DNA of 59,893 bases, the filler included, from Sluysia triapertura (Eukaryota): the NCBI GenBank assembly GCA_046118255.1. It is 5 parts of 5 records of this genome, joined end to end, with 100 filler letters (N's around TTAATTAATTAA, not from the genome) between each part and the next. Parts side by side here need not be neighbours in the genome. Positions count along the whole stretch, not along the records: positions 24,256 to 36,363 come from JBJNIA010138837.1; positions 36,464 to 48,684 come from JBJNIA010128185.1; 3 more parts are not named here. The stretch is one strand, 5' to 3'. A program made the position numbers and the translations under genes. Shown here piece after piece: positions 25,443 to 40,160 of the stretch (position 1 is its first letter; the number at the start of each line of letters is the position of its first letter). The notes beneath the pieces were generated by a model. That model saw only the letters and a program-made list of their open reading frames with translations. It made no database searches and was not told where the DNA came from.

Positions 25443-28400
25443 TAAGGTCAACAATTAAATTGAATTAGTAATAAGATCGTTAAGATCATAACTTTAAAAT
25501 TAATATAAATGAGCATCTTAAATCAACCAACACAAACTGAAAATTTGTGCAAGAATAACCCATTCGCTGCTAATTACGAATGTACTGGAATACTTCCACT
25601 ATATTATAACGTACAACTTGTGGAGCTTGCAAACCTTCTACGGCCTAAAATATAAAGACACAAGAACTTGAAAAATGTTTTTACAAAAATTCAAACTCTG
25701 TGTATTTATCTTGAAATAATAAAACTTAGATAAACAATAACGCTCAAAACAGAAATGGCAAAGCGAACAACGTCATGCAATTTAGGCTTGGTAGCGAATG
25801 TGTTAAAATGTACCGAATGAATTCAAATTTTTAAACTGATTTCAAAAACTTGATGGTGGACATATATTTCAAGGACTTTGGAATATTGTTACTAATTACA
25901 AATCGTTAATTTTTGGCAAATTGGAAAATTGATTAAACTTCATTCATAGCATCTGATTTACAAAAGACACAATTAAGAATTAACCATTAGTTTCTTGAAT
26001 TTAAAGTATAGCAATTTACCTCTTAAATTTTAAGAACTTTAATAATTTAAGAACTTTAATTAATTACTTTATTTGTTCGTTTTATTAACATTTCTTAATA
26101 ATGTAATAAAAATTTTTTTGTTATTATATATTATATCTAACTATCTAACTTTATTTATTTAATAATTAAAAATTTTATTTTTCGATTGTATTATACGATA
26201 CAATATATTTTTTTAAAATTTATTGATTAATAGTTAATTGAATAATTGCATTTCAATTGTAATTTCTACAAAAGTATAATTACTTTCTCTTGTAAATAAA
26301 AACAAGTTTAAAGTTCAGTATATTAAAGACCCTTTTACATTGGGCTTGAAATTACAAAATATTATTAACTTAATCATCAAGTTTATTTTTAAATTAATAA
26401 AACCAATCTTTAAAATCAACGGTATTTGTTTTTTGAAAAGCCGATTCTAGAATTTGGTTGTACAATCTTTATTTTTAGATTATTTTTAATTAGAATCTCA
26501 CATAAACTGAATTAAATCTAATCTTGCTGTACAAGCAAAAATTTAATCAATTACCAAAACCTTGATTTATCATCTCTCTAATCCGATCAAACAACACTGT
26601 AATTTCACCATATTTACATTTATTGAGCATCCACTCTTATTACAAGTTCATTTTAATCAATTTCAGCTAATAAAACAAAATTGTTATTAAAAATAATTAA
26701 CTTCCACAAATTATTCTTTAAATCATACGGACTAGCCCTTAATTGCGTAAGACTAGGATCGTAGGCGGACTCATCGTTTAAGTTACTTTGATTAAAATAC
26801 CTACCAAAATGATAATAACAAATTAATAATGTAACATAATAATAATCCCAAATAATACTGGTAATATAATAATTTGACAGTATTAATAATAATAAATCTG
26901 TAAGGTCACTGTGTACGTCATCAAGTGTAACGTAATTCTAAAATTTCAGTAAGCACATATTACAATATCGGTACTAGATGTGGAACTAACAATAATTATG
27001 TTAAACTCTTGAATTTTTAATTTCCCTGTTGACACTTAACATATATATCAGACAAAAATTACATAAGTTTATTTTAATAATTTTGTGCACAATGTAAAAT
27101 GTGCTAAAATGTAGACTTAAATCTCTTTTAATAGTTTTTTTTCATAGTCATTTTAAATAGACCTGTAAAATCTTGATAAAATATTTAATTAAAAATCTTA
27201 GCATTTTTAATTCAGTAAATGATCATCTAGTTTGTGAGAATTTGTGGAAAATAAAACTTTTAATTTTATATTTTAATTTTTATATATACGTTTATATACG
27301 TGAGTCCTCTATGACACCGGGCTTACACAATTAAGGGTCTATGCATAGATGTCAGCGTTAATGAAAATTGGAAATACTGGATGCTTTTAATTGTGCATGT
27401 TCGAGGTTAATTTTCAAAAATATAAATACGATCTAAAAAGATCTTTGATCAACAAATTTTAAATTTAGTATAAATGATTAGGAATTTATTATTCACGTAA
27501 AATTTTAAAACTATTTAATTTGGTTACTATTCGATAAGAAAATCAACGAAGTTCTATAGATAATTCTAAATGCTAATTATAAAATAATGTTTGCTAAAAT
27601 TAGGCAATAAAGTTTTGTAATTATCCAATATAATAAATGTAATATTAAAATGACGTTTTGTTTATATATTTAAAGATTATACACATTTTAAGATTATTCT
27701 CATAACCAATTCATATAAAACCACAACAAGAGACTACAAGTGCTGAGAAGTTACATCTGATTTTTCAAAAGATTCGTCCTATGTTTTTGGAAATACATCC
27801 AACTGTCTATTATTCGAATCATGTAACACTGCCGGTAGATACATTTTGGAATGATGAAAAGACCACTTTTTAATACTTATAACAAGATTATAAATGATTA
27901 ACAAAAGTCAAGTATTGTATTGTGTTCAAGTCTGTGGATGATCTGTCGGGTTCACTAAATAACGTTGCGAGTTGATTGAATGTTAAAGGTATAAAATAAA
28001 AGATGTACGAAAAACTATTTAATGATTTCCATATATTTGATTAAGATTACAAATTTTTCTGAGTGTTTTATCAGTTGAAAGATGTTTATACTTTTGTATT
28101 TAGCATTTGGATTTGGTGAATGCATTGAATAATGTAACCTATGGATTTTCTTTTGTGAAATGGTGTTATCTGATATAAGGTGCATTTATAAATTAGATTG
28201 TATTATTGAAATTAAGGGTTTTGTTGAATGTTTTATGAATTGTGATTTGAAATGGTTAAAAATTAGTAATTTTCCTACTTCTTCTCGTGGACTATGAAGT
28301 TTTTGTAATTTTGAATAAATTTAAATGCTATAAGTTCAGCCACCACATAAGACACTTGTTACATAATGCAAAGTAAACAAATAAATCATACATCTGATTC

Positions 28401-28666
28401 GCTTATACTTGAACACATAAGCACCAACTACTGAGGACCTGGAGAACTGTTCCTTTTATTTTTCATTTGTACAATAATTTGCTTCGCTTCAATGATAAGC
28501 GTTAATAAATAGTATATTTCATTAGTTAAAATTATATTGTGAATACTGAATGAACATGTTGCAATATTTCTATAGAACCTCTTAATATTATTAAAAACTA
28601 CAACAATTTATTTAAATCAGAAAATAATATGAATTACAAATGTATCAAATTGTCTCATTCTAATAT

Positions 28667-28741
28667 TTAAATACAATTACGATTACTGCCACATCTTCTG
28701 CCACTAGGACAACAGGTTTCTCTATCTGGACAACAAACACC
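28667..28741 (-). CDS. GRN: Granulin (progranulin-like) terminal coding exon
   Basis: Acceptor TTTGTTCAG|; GVCCPDRETCCPSGRRCGSNRNCI* supplies CC-CC-C-C and completes the module begun in 32312-32563 (phase 0 join). Confidence 0.88.
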   Translation of the reverse strand, partial: GVCCPDRETCCPSGRRCGSNRNCI

Positions 28742-30959
28742 CTGAACAAATATCAATTATGAATGTATGTATGAATTAAGAATTATAACTATTACTAATA
28801 AAGTTAACTACTATTAGTATTATTACTGCTGCATTATTATTAACAATAAATAATGAATGACTATGACTTATAATATGTAACTACTATTGCTATTGTAAAT
28901 TTAAAAAAGTTATGTTTAAAAATGTTTGAAAGTGCTTAATTGAACTCTTTATACCAGATGATAATTTTGCATCATGGATACTTATGTATGCTTTATATTA
29001 TTAAAAATTCACAATTCAGCTAAACTAATTAATTTATTTTAATTTAATTATAACTTTTATAGTTATTCGTATTCAAACTAGAGAAAAACAAACAACTCTT
29101 ACCGATAAAGATATCAACAAAACTTACAATTTGATCCAAATCTCTTCGCCTTGATAAACTTGATATAATGTTGAATTTTCAACAAATATTTGAACAAATA
29201 CAATTTCAATAATTGTGGTAATTTATTTTATTTCTGTCAACCACTCGATTCAAAATCTTCGATGTAATATTCAATAATCATTGTCTATCTACTTTGCCTT
29301 TTAAATGTCTTCTATTTTGTTTCATAGATGATGTTATAATTACGTTTAAATTATTGTGTAATAATACAGTTTAATTGTATTGTAATAATGTAAATTTTGT
29401 ATTTTATCATTTAATTAATTATAAACTAAATTAAAATTTTAATATTGATTTATAAAATGCTAAAGTTTTGAAAATTTTTATTTGTATTTTTAAAACAGTT
29501 TAAGAAAGTTTTTATTTCTATTTTACAAGCTCAAAAAACGTATTCATGGAATAATTATTGAATAAATTTGTAATAAAATAACAATAAAGTAACAATTTAA
29601 AACTGATATAAAAAGAATATAAAAACAATATAAAACATATCACAGCAATATTACTGTTATTTTGTTTTAAAAAACTTTGTCTACAACTAAATTCAAAAGG
29701 ATCCATGTTTATTGCAATTCTTTGGAGAAGACTATATTCTATCACATACAATCTAGTTCCAGCTTATTATCTACTGAGACAGAGCAACAAATCATTCAAT
29801 TCGGATTAACGTTTCTATTCAATGAATTCATAAGATTAATTGCGTTAAGTTCATGTTATAATTTTTTAGCATTAAAATCCACTTAAACTATTAACATTTT
29901 CGACACCCAAGTATTACATCTGGGTCAAATTCATTTTTAAAATTAAACAAATTTTGGAGCCATCCTAAATTTTAATATATAATAAATTTTATTTTGTCTC
30001 GTTAAATTTTTATCATTTCTTTAATAAATTTTTGGTTATTAATTTTCTTGCTTGCTACTAAAAATTAATAGAGTAATTTGAAAGAATTTATGAGTAAAAG
30101 AATTAAGATATAAACGACTTAAATCGAAGAATAAGATAACGAAATTTAAACGTTAAAAATTGCATAAATAAGCATCATCGAAAGGTATTTGTAACAATTA
30201 TTTGTTGACCCTCATTTGATGAAAATTAATTGCAAATAAAATTGTTACGGAGATCTTTTCGCAGTTTTTCTGACTTAAATCCTATAATTTGTGTCTTTTT
30301 TACTATATAAATCATAAATTATAGGTGGATCCTTCATATACAGGCTTATTTCATAATTGTTATTATTTTACAAAGAGAAACAGAACAAGATTATAATCAA
30401 TATTTAGACAATATTTCGTTTAATAAATAATATAGTTATGAAAGTAATATGTCATAAAATATTGTGTTAATACAAACAGTATTACTAAAATAAATAATTG
30501 TTACTATAGATATTGTTAATACAAATAATATTGCTATAAATATTATTATTATTAAAGAAATAAATGTGTTATTTAATTTTTTCTACACTGAATTAATTTT
30601 AATGATATCATTTTTATTTAATCACAATTTAAGATGATTTTAATCGATCACAATGCTTTTAGATTTCGATTTTTTACCAATTCTATTTAATCCTAATTTA
30701 ATATGATTTTATTGATTGTGGTAGTAAGGTTTAATGTTTGTAAATTTTAATTTCATATTGTCTTTATACAATCTCACTTTAAAATGATTAATTATACAAT
30801 TTCAATATAACATTGATTGTTATTTGTTACTAAATTTTGAATATATATTCTATATGTAATCTCACTTTAATTTAATATAAAAGCATTATGATCTCAATAA
30901 TAATTTTTATAATTTTAAAATCTTCTTGATTGACGTGATTAAAATGAACTTTAATTTAC

Positions 30960-30988
30960 ACTATTATTATTATTACTATTACTATTAC

Positions 30989-31037
<49 letters not shown>

Positions 31038-31040
31038 ATA
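30960..31040. repeat. (ATT/ACT)n microsatellite
   Basis: Direct reading. Confidence 0.9.
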
Positions 31041-32311
31041 CATAACATTTTATTGTACAATATTTTAAAAATAAAAACATTTTATATGAAATTACATAAA
31101 ATTGTATTCAATTTACTTTACACTATATAAAAATATGCAAATATTCACTAACATTTACTTTAGAACTTAAGAAAACTTCAAACGTACCTTCATAAACATA
31201 AAAGAATAGAGGAATTCATCAAACTTAAATAGCTTCTAGGAAGTATCATGGATCAAGAATAGACGCTAATAAAACGTGAACACAAATAAATACTGACAAA
31301 GCGGACATAATTTAATAAAGAACGCAGTTAGAATGAAAATGTATTACCAAAGCGATAGTAGGTATCCTGATTAACTAATATATAGAGAAAACTGGCTATC
31401 AAATGAATGCAGAATATTGTAAATTTAAATTAGTTAGAAAGTAAAAAAATTAGAGTGAAGTTGATTATAGAAAAGATCTTATACGATGAAAATTAAATAG
31501 TTATTGATCATAATTCGTGAACAAGAAAACCAATGGAATATAAACATCAAAATTTTGTAGAATAGACATTCAGTTAAAATGTTCAGTTTATTTTTCAAAT
31601 TCGTACGTATACTGCAAGTTTTGTTTATTTAAGTGCAGTAGAAAATAACGGACGAGGCTTGACACTTCCACCAAGAAGTTAAACACTTTTTTACATATAA
31701 AATAAATGTGTTTACCAAAAGTTACTTGAAAAATAGCATCATTTTATTAATGTTAGCTTTTAATTAATTTATGGAAAATAAAGCTTTATGACAAAGTGGT
31801 AATAGTTTAAAAAATTAACTTTCGTAAGGCAAGGTTTAGAACAAAGACATACGTTACAATCTGCACAAAAATATCAACTTTCCTGTCGAATCATTTTATA
31901 TTGAAAATTCTGGCGTGTAGAATCACATTATGAAAATACATCAATATACAAAATTTACATTTTAACCTTATGAGTCATACTTATTTATGTGACTAACAAA
32001 ATTTCAATATCCACTTACATAGCTAAAATAGTTTCCTTAACATAGGCTCTGTAATTCAATAATTCAACATTTTAACATCTAAATTTAATTTACAAAATAA
32101 TTCATGATTCAAAAGTTTAATAAATTTACATTGTACCCTTATTTAAATAAATATGTAAGTAATTATTAAATTTTATTTTTTAAATAAAGACATTTTAATT
32201 TTTTAATTACTCAGAAAAGGATAATTCAGCATTAGTTTTCAATTTCAGATTACAAACAATTTTGAATATTTTAAATATCCAAATGAAATGAACTTCAAAT
32301 AGTATACTAAC

Positions 32312-32563
32312 ATTGAAATATGGACAGCAACCATAATGTACGCCATCAGCAAGAATACAACATGTTTCTGAACCTTGACACGATGACCCATTAGGACATA
32401 TATTACCCATACCAAATTTCGACACATATACTGCTAATGATTTACGATCTAAATCCTTTACCAAGGATGTTAAAGGTTCTATTTGTCCCACGCAAGTCTT
32501 ATTCGCTACAACACAAGTTGTTTGATGTGGACAGCATGTTTGCAAATCAGAACAGCATACACC
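32312..32563 (-). CDS. GRN: Granulin internal exon (C-half of one module, linker, N-half of the next)
   Basis: CTCAG| acceptor, |GTTAGT donor, 252 nt: GVCCSDLQTCCPHQTTCVVANKTC...ICPNGSSCQGSETCCILADGVHYGCCPYFN; the typical half-module exon layout of granulins. Confidence 0.92.
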
Positions 32564-33592
32564 CTGAGTAATTTTATAAGGAATATTAATGCCTTTTTGT
32601 AATAATATTTTTTTGTAACAAAATATTGGTTGGATGATTTTGTTTATTAGCTTTTTGGAAAGAAATAATTTTAATTTTTTTTAAATAAACTATTCAAATA
32701 TTCGAACTTATTAGAAATCTGAGGTAACATAACATTACACTTTTCGAAGCCAGAATAAATCAAGTTATAAAATCATTTTTGTAAAATAAACAGTTCAAGC
32801 CCTAACAGTTTATATTTACCTTATAAATGGTATTATATATTGTTCAAAATTGTATACTTTAACTTTGTTTATTCTACCTATTTTGTTATAGTTTTGTCCA
32901 ATAGTTAATATAAATACTTTAAATAATTGTTTAGGTAGTGATTACTAAACAAAAAGATACTTTAAAGCAATTTATTATTCAGATACTCTTGAATAGAGAG
33001 ACACTTTAAGTAAACCAATCATTAAAGTAAGCCTTGATAAACACATATTAGATAATACAAATAGAAGAACCAGATCGTTTTAGAGAATTAATTTAATTAG
33101 AGCATATTTTAAGCAAAGAGTCTTGTTCAAGATTATTAAACTTCATTTTAATTGAAAAATCCTCTAACGTCTCCAAACTGTTCACTGTATGCGCGAATCG
33201 GCAATTACGTAGTTTTCAAATAAAATAAATTGGCAATATTTATATTTTTAAATTAATATAAACTAAATAAAATAAATCATAATATTTTACAGTTGAAACC
33301 ATTTTATCCCAAATTACGCTTAGAATAAAATTTTTATTTGGGATTGTTCTATTAAAATTAATAAAGTTATTTTATAGTCAGTCTCTCATTTAGTTTAAGT
33401 GCTAAGAAGCGAGAATTTAAGTTATAAAATATTATTAAAATTTTTGTACTCCATCTCTGATACTGATTTAAGACCCTAGGACAAAAAAGAGGTGTAAAAT
33501 AAGCGTTTTTTTTGAAATGATATAAAGAATTCATCAACAAATAAAATATATTATTGAATAAAAACAAAAATTAAAGTTAACCTTGAAATATT

Positions 33593-33596
<4 letters not shown>

Positions 33597-33622
<26 letters not shown>
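33597..33622. repeat. (TA)n microsatellite
   Basis: Direct reading. Confidence 0.9.
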
Positions 33623-33625
<3 letters not shown>

Positions 33626-34801
33626 AAGGCGGATATAAATGCAGCTACATTATATAATAAAATTAAGATGTATATATATGCGAATATAAATGCAGTCATA
33701 TTATAGAATATTATAGTAATATATTTTTATTATTTTGGCAGAAATTACTTATTAAAAATCCATTTAAATTGAAACAAAAATTATTTATTATCATGATAAA
33801 GATTGTGTCCCTTTCTAATACAAATAAAGCAACTTTAAAATACAATTTTTACATTTATAAATGTTTAGTATTGCAAGTATAAGAACATTTTAAAATTAAT
33901 ATTGTTGAAAAGCATAAAATAATATTGTACTTACTCTATTATTATATCTAAATGTTAATGTTTTAATCTGAATTAATATTACAAATGTTAGTTTTATAAG
34001 TTATATCAGAAGAATTGATTTTCAACTAATCTCACTAATTTGACTGATAAAATGGAATTTGGTTTAGTGCGATTTTAAGAGTCAATATAACAAGGCATTA
34101 CATCGAAAAGAGCTACTGAATTACTACTATCAAAACTATGATAACAGTTTAAAACCGATAACACTTTAATCGTTTGAAAATCATAAATTAACAATTTGTT
34201 CTTAAATTTAATATTAAATATACGTACCTAAAAATATTATAACTTAGATTTTGTGACACACATTTAATACAATAGTGTTTATTTTCCAATTATTCAGATT
34301 GGCTTATTTCTTTCTAAAAATTAATATATGTATATGTGCTCTAATAAAATCAATAGATCAAAAATGTTTTAATTTAATAATCAAAATTATACCAATTGTT
34401 AAAATTTTGTATAATAAATTGCTTCTTTCCGATGTATCTTCACTGTACGATGGATTCTGAAACGTATTGATAACTAAAGTAACAAAATATTCGAAATTAT
34501 TGAATAATGAATATAGTTTGTCATTTTACAAAAAAGAGTCTTAAAATGACAAAAACTTTAATATATATGAAGTGTCTAGGTAACAGAATATTAATCGGTA
34601 TATTACCAAATATCGAATATTACGAAATAGAAATAGTAATTGATGTATAAAGTAGTAAATTGTCACAGATAATTATGGGATATGTACTATCTTATTATTT
34701 ATTCATAAATAAATTTTCTTTTTTTGCATTTCTATCATGTTTAATTTTGTTTTGGTTATTTATTTGTCGTTCTAAACTATTTTAAACTGTATTTATATTA
34801 T

Positions 34802-34898
34802 TGTTAGACTTCGTAAAATGGACTGACCGGAGATCGAACCCGGACCATCGCTGCGCAGTTCGATTGCTCTACCACTGAGTTATCAGCCCCGTCTAACA
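34802..34898 (-). mobile_element. Complete 97-bp tRNA-Ala-like element with perfect inverted ends TGTTAGAC...GTCTAACA
   Basis: Minus strand: TGTTAGAC-GGGGCTGATAACTCAGTGGTAGAGCAATCGAACTGCGCAGCGATGGTCCGGGTTCGATCTCCGGTCAGTCCA-TTTTACGAA-GTCTAACA. Confidence 0.85.
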
Positions 34899-36363
34899 AT
34901 TTCATTTTTATTATATTCAATTTTACCAAATGGCACTTTTAGGCCTTTTACTCCAACATAAACGTATGTAAAAATGATTGCTATTAGTAACGAAAACTGG
35001 ATTTATTAACGTAACAAAGAAAGTGGAAAAGGATTATCAATTGATCGCTAAAATAGTATGCTTGTAAAAAGTCACGATTTTCGTTTGGCAGAATTTTGAA
35101 TGTACAGTTCATTTCGAATTGAAATTTAGTCTCAGTACACTGATCTATATTGTAATCAATCTGATTCTGTTATGATTGATTTAATCATATGATTAATCTT
35201 ATTGGTCAATAAAAAATAATTCAAAATCTCGCTTGTCCATAAATACAAATAAATTATTGGATGATCGTGATGAATTTGAATTAATTCCAGTTTTTAGTCT
35301 AGATCAATAACTCACTTTTTAAAAAACTAGTCTTTCTAAAACAATGGTGACATGAAAAGAAGTTGTAAATAATTCTACATTTCTTAAGGCAAAGATTCGG
35401 ATTTATGTTCGGTTTAGTTAAAGATGAAGATGCCAACATTTTTCTACAGATTTAGTACATAAGATAGTGGTTTATAGAGTATATTGTTATAATGAACACT
35501 TGAATTTATTGATCATTTATTGTGATAACTGTGATTAATTTAATTATTGAGTTATTTTTACGTAAAAACATAATATTTAAATGGTATTAAATGGCTATAC
35601 CGCATCTGGCGACGGATTGTGTTTTGACTAATAAATAATAGTTTTAATAAAAAGATTGTGATACTTTATTGTTTGTTTTAGAAGCCAACAAAAAATTAGA
35701 AATTAGTTAACACGAAAAATAATTTTCAGTCCTAAAGTTTTCAAAATAAAAACTAAATAATTAAATAATGAAATCAAAACTTATAAATAAAAAATTTAAT
35801 TATTCTTAAAATAATAATTAATATAGTCTAAAGACATATTCGTAATTGTAAGAGTACCTCAAAAACATAACGGGAATAAAACAAAATCGGAATGCATATA
35901 TGTTTATTTAGATTCACTAAACTTAATTAGTAAAATAACTAAAATAATTTCAAGCTTGTCAACTTAGTGTTCGACTTTATTGCACGATTTATACTACTTT
36001 GAGAAGCGTACTTTTATTATTTTTACTTATTTCTTTATATTCTAAATGTTTCTTCAACCTCAATCGACATTTTACATTTTTCTAGTCAACATAAAACAGT
36101 AATCATTCAGAAATTATTTCCTTCAGGCACGATTCAAGTTGGCATTTATATTCGATATTTATTCTTTTATTTAAAAACAAAGGTTCAATCATTTATTCAA
36201 ATTTTAAATAAATATTTAGAAGAATATTTAAAAGATTAAAACAATTTATAATATTAAATTTATGAGTAGTAAACTACAATAATTATTTTATAATAATATA
36301 ATAATAATAATATATTAATTTATATTGCGCTCATATCTACCGCGAAAGTACTCAAAAGCGCTT

Positions 36364-36463
36364 NNNNNNNNNNNNNNNNNNNNNNNNNNNNNNNNNNNNN
36401 NNNNNNNTTAATTAATTAANNNNNNNNNNNNNNNNNNNNNNNNNNNNNNNNNNNNNNNNNNNN
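36364..36463. other. Artificial contig spacer
   Basis: 44N-TTAATTAATTAA-44N. Confidence 0.97.
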
Positions 36464-37601
36464 TATGACTTATTTGATGAAGTATTTAGTGAGTAAATGT
36501 TATGAATTGTTTGGACTGGATGTAGTAGTTTATTGAGTTGAAAATGGTTGAGATATAAGTTGGTGAGGTGTTATGATTGTGAATTATTATTTTATGAGAT
36601 CTGTGGTGTTGTGATTATGAATTAAGGAGTATGGTTGTTGAGAAGGTTGTTTTTTAACAAGATTTATTTTAATTTTAAGTTATTAAAGTTGACCACTACA
36701 AAACCTATTTAAAGAAAAGTTATAAATGTAAAGGATATCTAAAGTAATGAATACCTTTTCTAAACAATAAAAATATGTGAATATATTTATGTTTGGTAGC
36801 GAAACTCTTGACATGATTTTATTACAAAACCAGCACAAAATAATACGTAACTCATAACTTAATTAACAAAAGTTATGGTTTAAATCATCTAATTCTCAAG
36901 CACTTCACAGCCTTTCTTACTTTCTACATCTTAAAACCCTCACAATCAAGCAACTCTTAGCATCATTTAATCAAACATTTTAAACCTTATATCACTTAAT
37001 AGTAACATAACATTAGACAAATTCACTGTAAATCATCTAGTCCATTACGTTTTGAATTGCGAAGAATTAAAATTGCTTTTAAAAAATTGTGTTAGTTTTC
37101 TATCAATGTAATTATCAACTTGCAAAATTTAGTTTTAATGGGTTCGCTTATAGATTACATCTTATGGGGCGTACCTACAAGAACTCTGAAGATAAATTGA
37201 AAATTTAATTAATTTCAATGAGAAACTCAATCTCTCATATCTTATACTAAATTACTAACTGGAAATTATCGACCAGTTTACCTTTAAATTCAATGTGTAT
37301 ATTTAAATAGTTTATTTTATGGGTTTCTAATACTATTAATGTTTATTTATTATTAATAGTATTTTTATTAATTTTAATGATTAGTATTTATAATAAAAAA
37401 ATTTAATTTAAATTAAAGGAATCTTTAATAATAAAAATTTGTTTTCCATAATTGTGATCAAACTCAAATTCATATTATTTTTAAAATTACTTTAATTCAG
37501 TCTTTACAATTGTTTATGTGATATATCTATATGTGAAACGACAAAAAGTAATAATTTAGAATTTTTGAATTCTGATGATGTATCGAAGATTGTTGAAAAT
37601 T

Positions 37602-37647
37602 TCATTTCCTTATGAATAGTGTTGCCACACCAGGTAGCTCATTAAAC
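37602..37647 (-). CDS. Possible short terminal exon of an unidentified gene
   Basis: Strong acceptor CTTTTAATTTCAG|G followed by a GC-richer patch reading FNELPGVATLFIRK*. Confidence 0.3.
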
Positions 37648-40088
37648 CTGAAATTAAAAGGAATAGTAATATAATAATAATAAATAAAAAACTACTTGCT
37701 GTTGCTAATAAACATTATCTAAGTAAATATAAAATAATTGATTAATAAACCACCTGTTGATGCTAAATTAGTAAATTAAATAAAAACAAAAAACTTACGA
37801 TTGAAAAATAAATAATTAATTTGAGTACTGACAACTGTTGAATTACAAGAAATTATATACTCACAAATTTGCAAGTGTGTGTTAACATTTTACGATTATT
37901 TTGAAGATATTACATCCAAATTATGCAATTTATTTACAAATATTCTTGTCTCGGTAATTCGCAACTACGATTGTTTTGAGGAGATTACATTCAAATTATA
38001 TTGTTGTGATTAACTGCACCCGTAGAGTCATTACTGTTCTTATTAGTTGATTAAGAATTGCCAGAATATTTGGAGTATTTATGATTAAGTGTATAAAGAG
38101 TTTTACCATGTAGTGATTTTAATGATTTTAATGCTTATGTATTATAATTATATTTTTATGATTTTAATGTTATATATTATAATTATATTTATTATTATTA
38201 TTTAATTTTTATAATTTATTATTTAATTTTATTAATTATGTATTATAATTGTATCAATTGTTAAATTATTATAATTATTTAATTTTATTATTGTTTGAAT
38301 TATCAAAATTTCAAAACTAAAAATAAAATTTCTAAATATAAAATTCAATTAAGTATAAATAGCTTGAACTTTAGAACGAAATATATAAATAAATTAAAAA
38401 ATTTTCAGTTGGCAGTGCGATTTAAAATTTTTTTAGTGGGATTTATTTGGCATCAAATTATTGGAAAAAAAGAAAATCATTATTAAATTATTTTAGAACA
38501 ATTTATTGAGGAACGAATTCCTCATTTTATTTTTAAAGGAATCATTTAATTGGAATCAATAATTCTTTAAAATAAAAGAAAAAGAAAATAATATAAATCT
38601 CAAATAAAATAACATTCTTATTTAATAATATAAACAAATTAGTATTAAAATATTTAATAATAATTTATATTCTCAATATTAATATTATAAACCATTATTT
38701 TGTGAATTTTTGACAGTAATTCTTCGTTGATATTATTACATTTTTACGATTGATTTAAAAGACTTGTTGGTTTTATTATAAACAATTGTACTATTAATCT
38801 ATTAACTTTTACATTGTAGTTCTTAAATATTATTTCATTTCATTATAATCAAATGAACCATTAATATTTGTATTGGGGTTAATAAAGTTATTTGAAAAGT
38901 TATTTGTTGTCATTAAAATAAAAATTATTATTATGCCTAAATAAGAAGTTACAAAAATTTTTTTAAGTTATAGTGAAAAAGAAAGACGTATAAAATCTCT
39001 TTGACCTCCAATTGACTTTAAACTCATTTTCACGCTGCAAAAATCTATGTGAGTAAGAACTCACTTTAAAATATGCAAAAAGATTAACAGTAATATAACA
39101 AATAAAAGAAAATAACATAATATGAGCATAGCATAATATAGTTAGCAAAAGTCTTCAAGTATAATAACTAGTAGAGAAATATTGTAAGGGTCAAAACTAA
39201 GAATGACAGAATAGGTTCAACATTATTAAAGAACTAAACGAGGCATTATGATGAACTGCAATAGTAAGATAACCATGGAAAATATTTGAATCGAAATAGA
39301 ATAGTGAGAGATGTGAAAAAATAACCCTGTAAAAAGTTTGATTTGTTAAAACATTAAAGTACATTTGTTAATTAACTTAATTATAATTTAATTAAACTTT
39401 TTAAAAGTATTTATTTAATATTAACAATTTATTTATATCTGGAGAAAAGAAACTTATTTGTTTAGAAAAAAATTATTGATATTTGGAATAATTAATTTCT
39501 ATTAATCATTAGTTTTATGCTTTTTGAAGACAAGTTAATTTGTAACTATATAAAATAAACTCAAATTGAATTTATAAACTAAATGTATCTTTAATACATT
39601 ATAAAATTATTTAACATTCAATCACAACATATTAATTATAAATTAATATTGTTCAACATTTATTCCTATAATATAGACGAATTTTTAATTTTTGATATAT
39701 GACATATTAAATTAATATTGTTCAACTTTTATATAACGAACTTTTAATTTTTGCGTAGAATTTTGCATATGTTTGACACTTTCTAAGTTTATTTGATAAT
39801 TAACCATTTCTATTTATTAATTATATAAGTGTTTTAGCTTTTATGTATTTGATGTTTAAACCATTAGAATTTGTGTTTTTAGTAATTGGTAATATTTTAA
39901 GTAAAATAAATTTGCTAAGTAACAAATATTAGAATTAATACGGATAATTCTTTAAATACTGACTATTTTTTCCAAATCCTAATAAAATCTTAATTGAGGA
40001 AAACCGATAAGTATCTGGATCTAAGAAACAGGTAGAATCAAAATTAAATATCAATGCAAGCCCTCAGTTCTTATCTTTTCTTTCTTAA

Positions 40089-40160
40089 AAGCTGTGAATC
40101 TATGTGCTGACCCTTCAGTGAGTAAGTCCAGTATCATAGAGAACTTACATTAAGGATAAG
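40089..40160. repeat. Dispersed repeat, copy of 44151-44223
   Basis: Shared AATCT.TGTGC.G.CCCTTCAGTGAGTAAGT..AGTAT.A.AGAGAACT.AC.TT.AGGATAAG. Confidence 0.85.

Noticed and set aside
25233-25454. ORF in the track
   Set aside because: Open only because it spans Ns.
31220-31680. RTE/LINE reverse transcriptase remnant
   Set aside because: Only vague motif echoes; too degenerate to call by eye.
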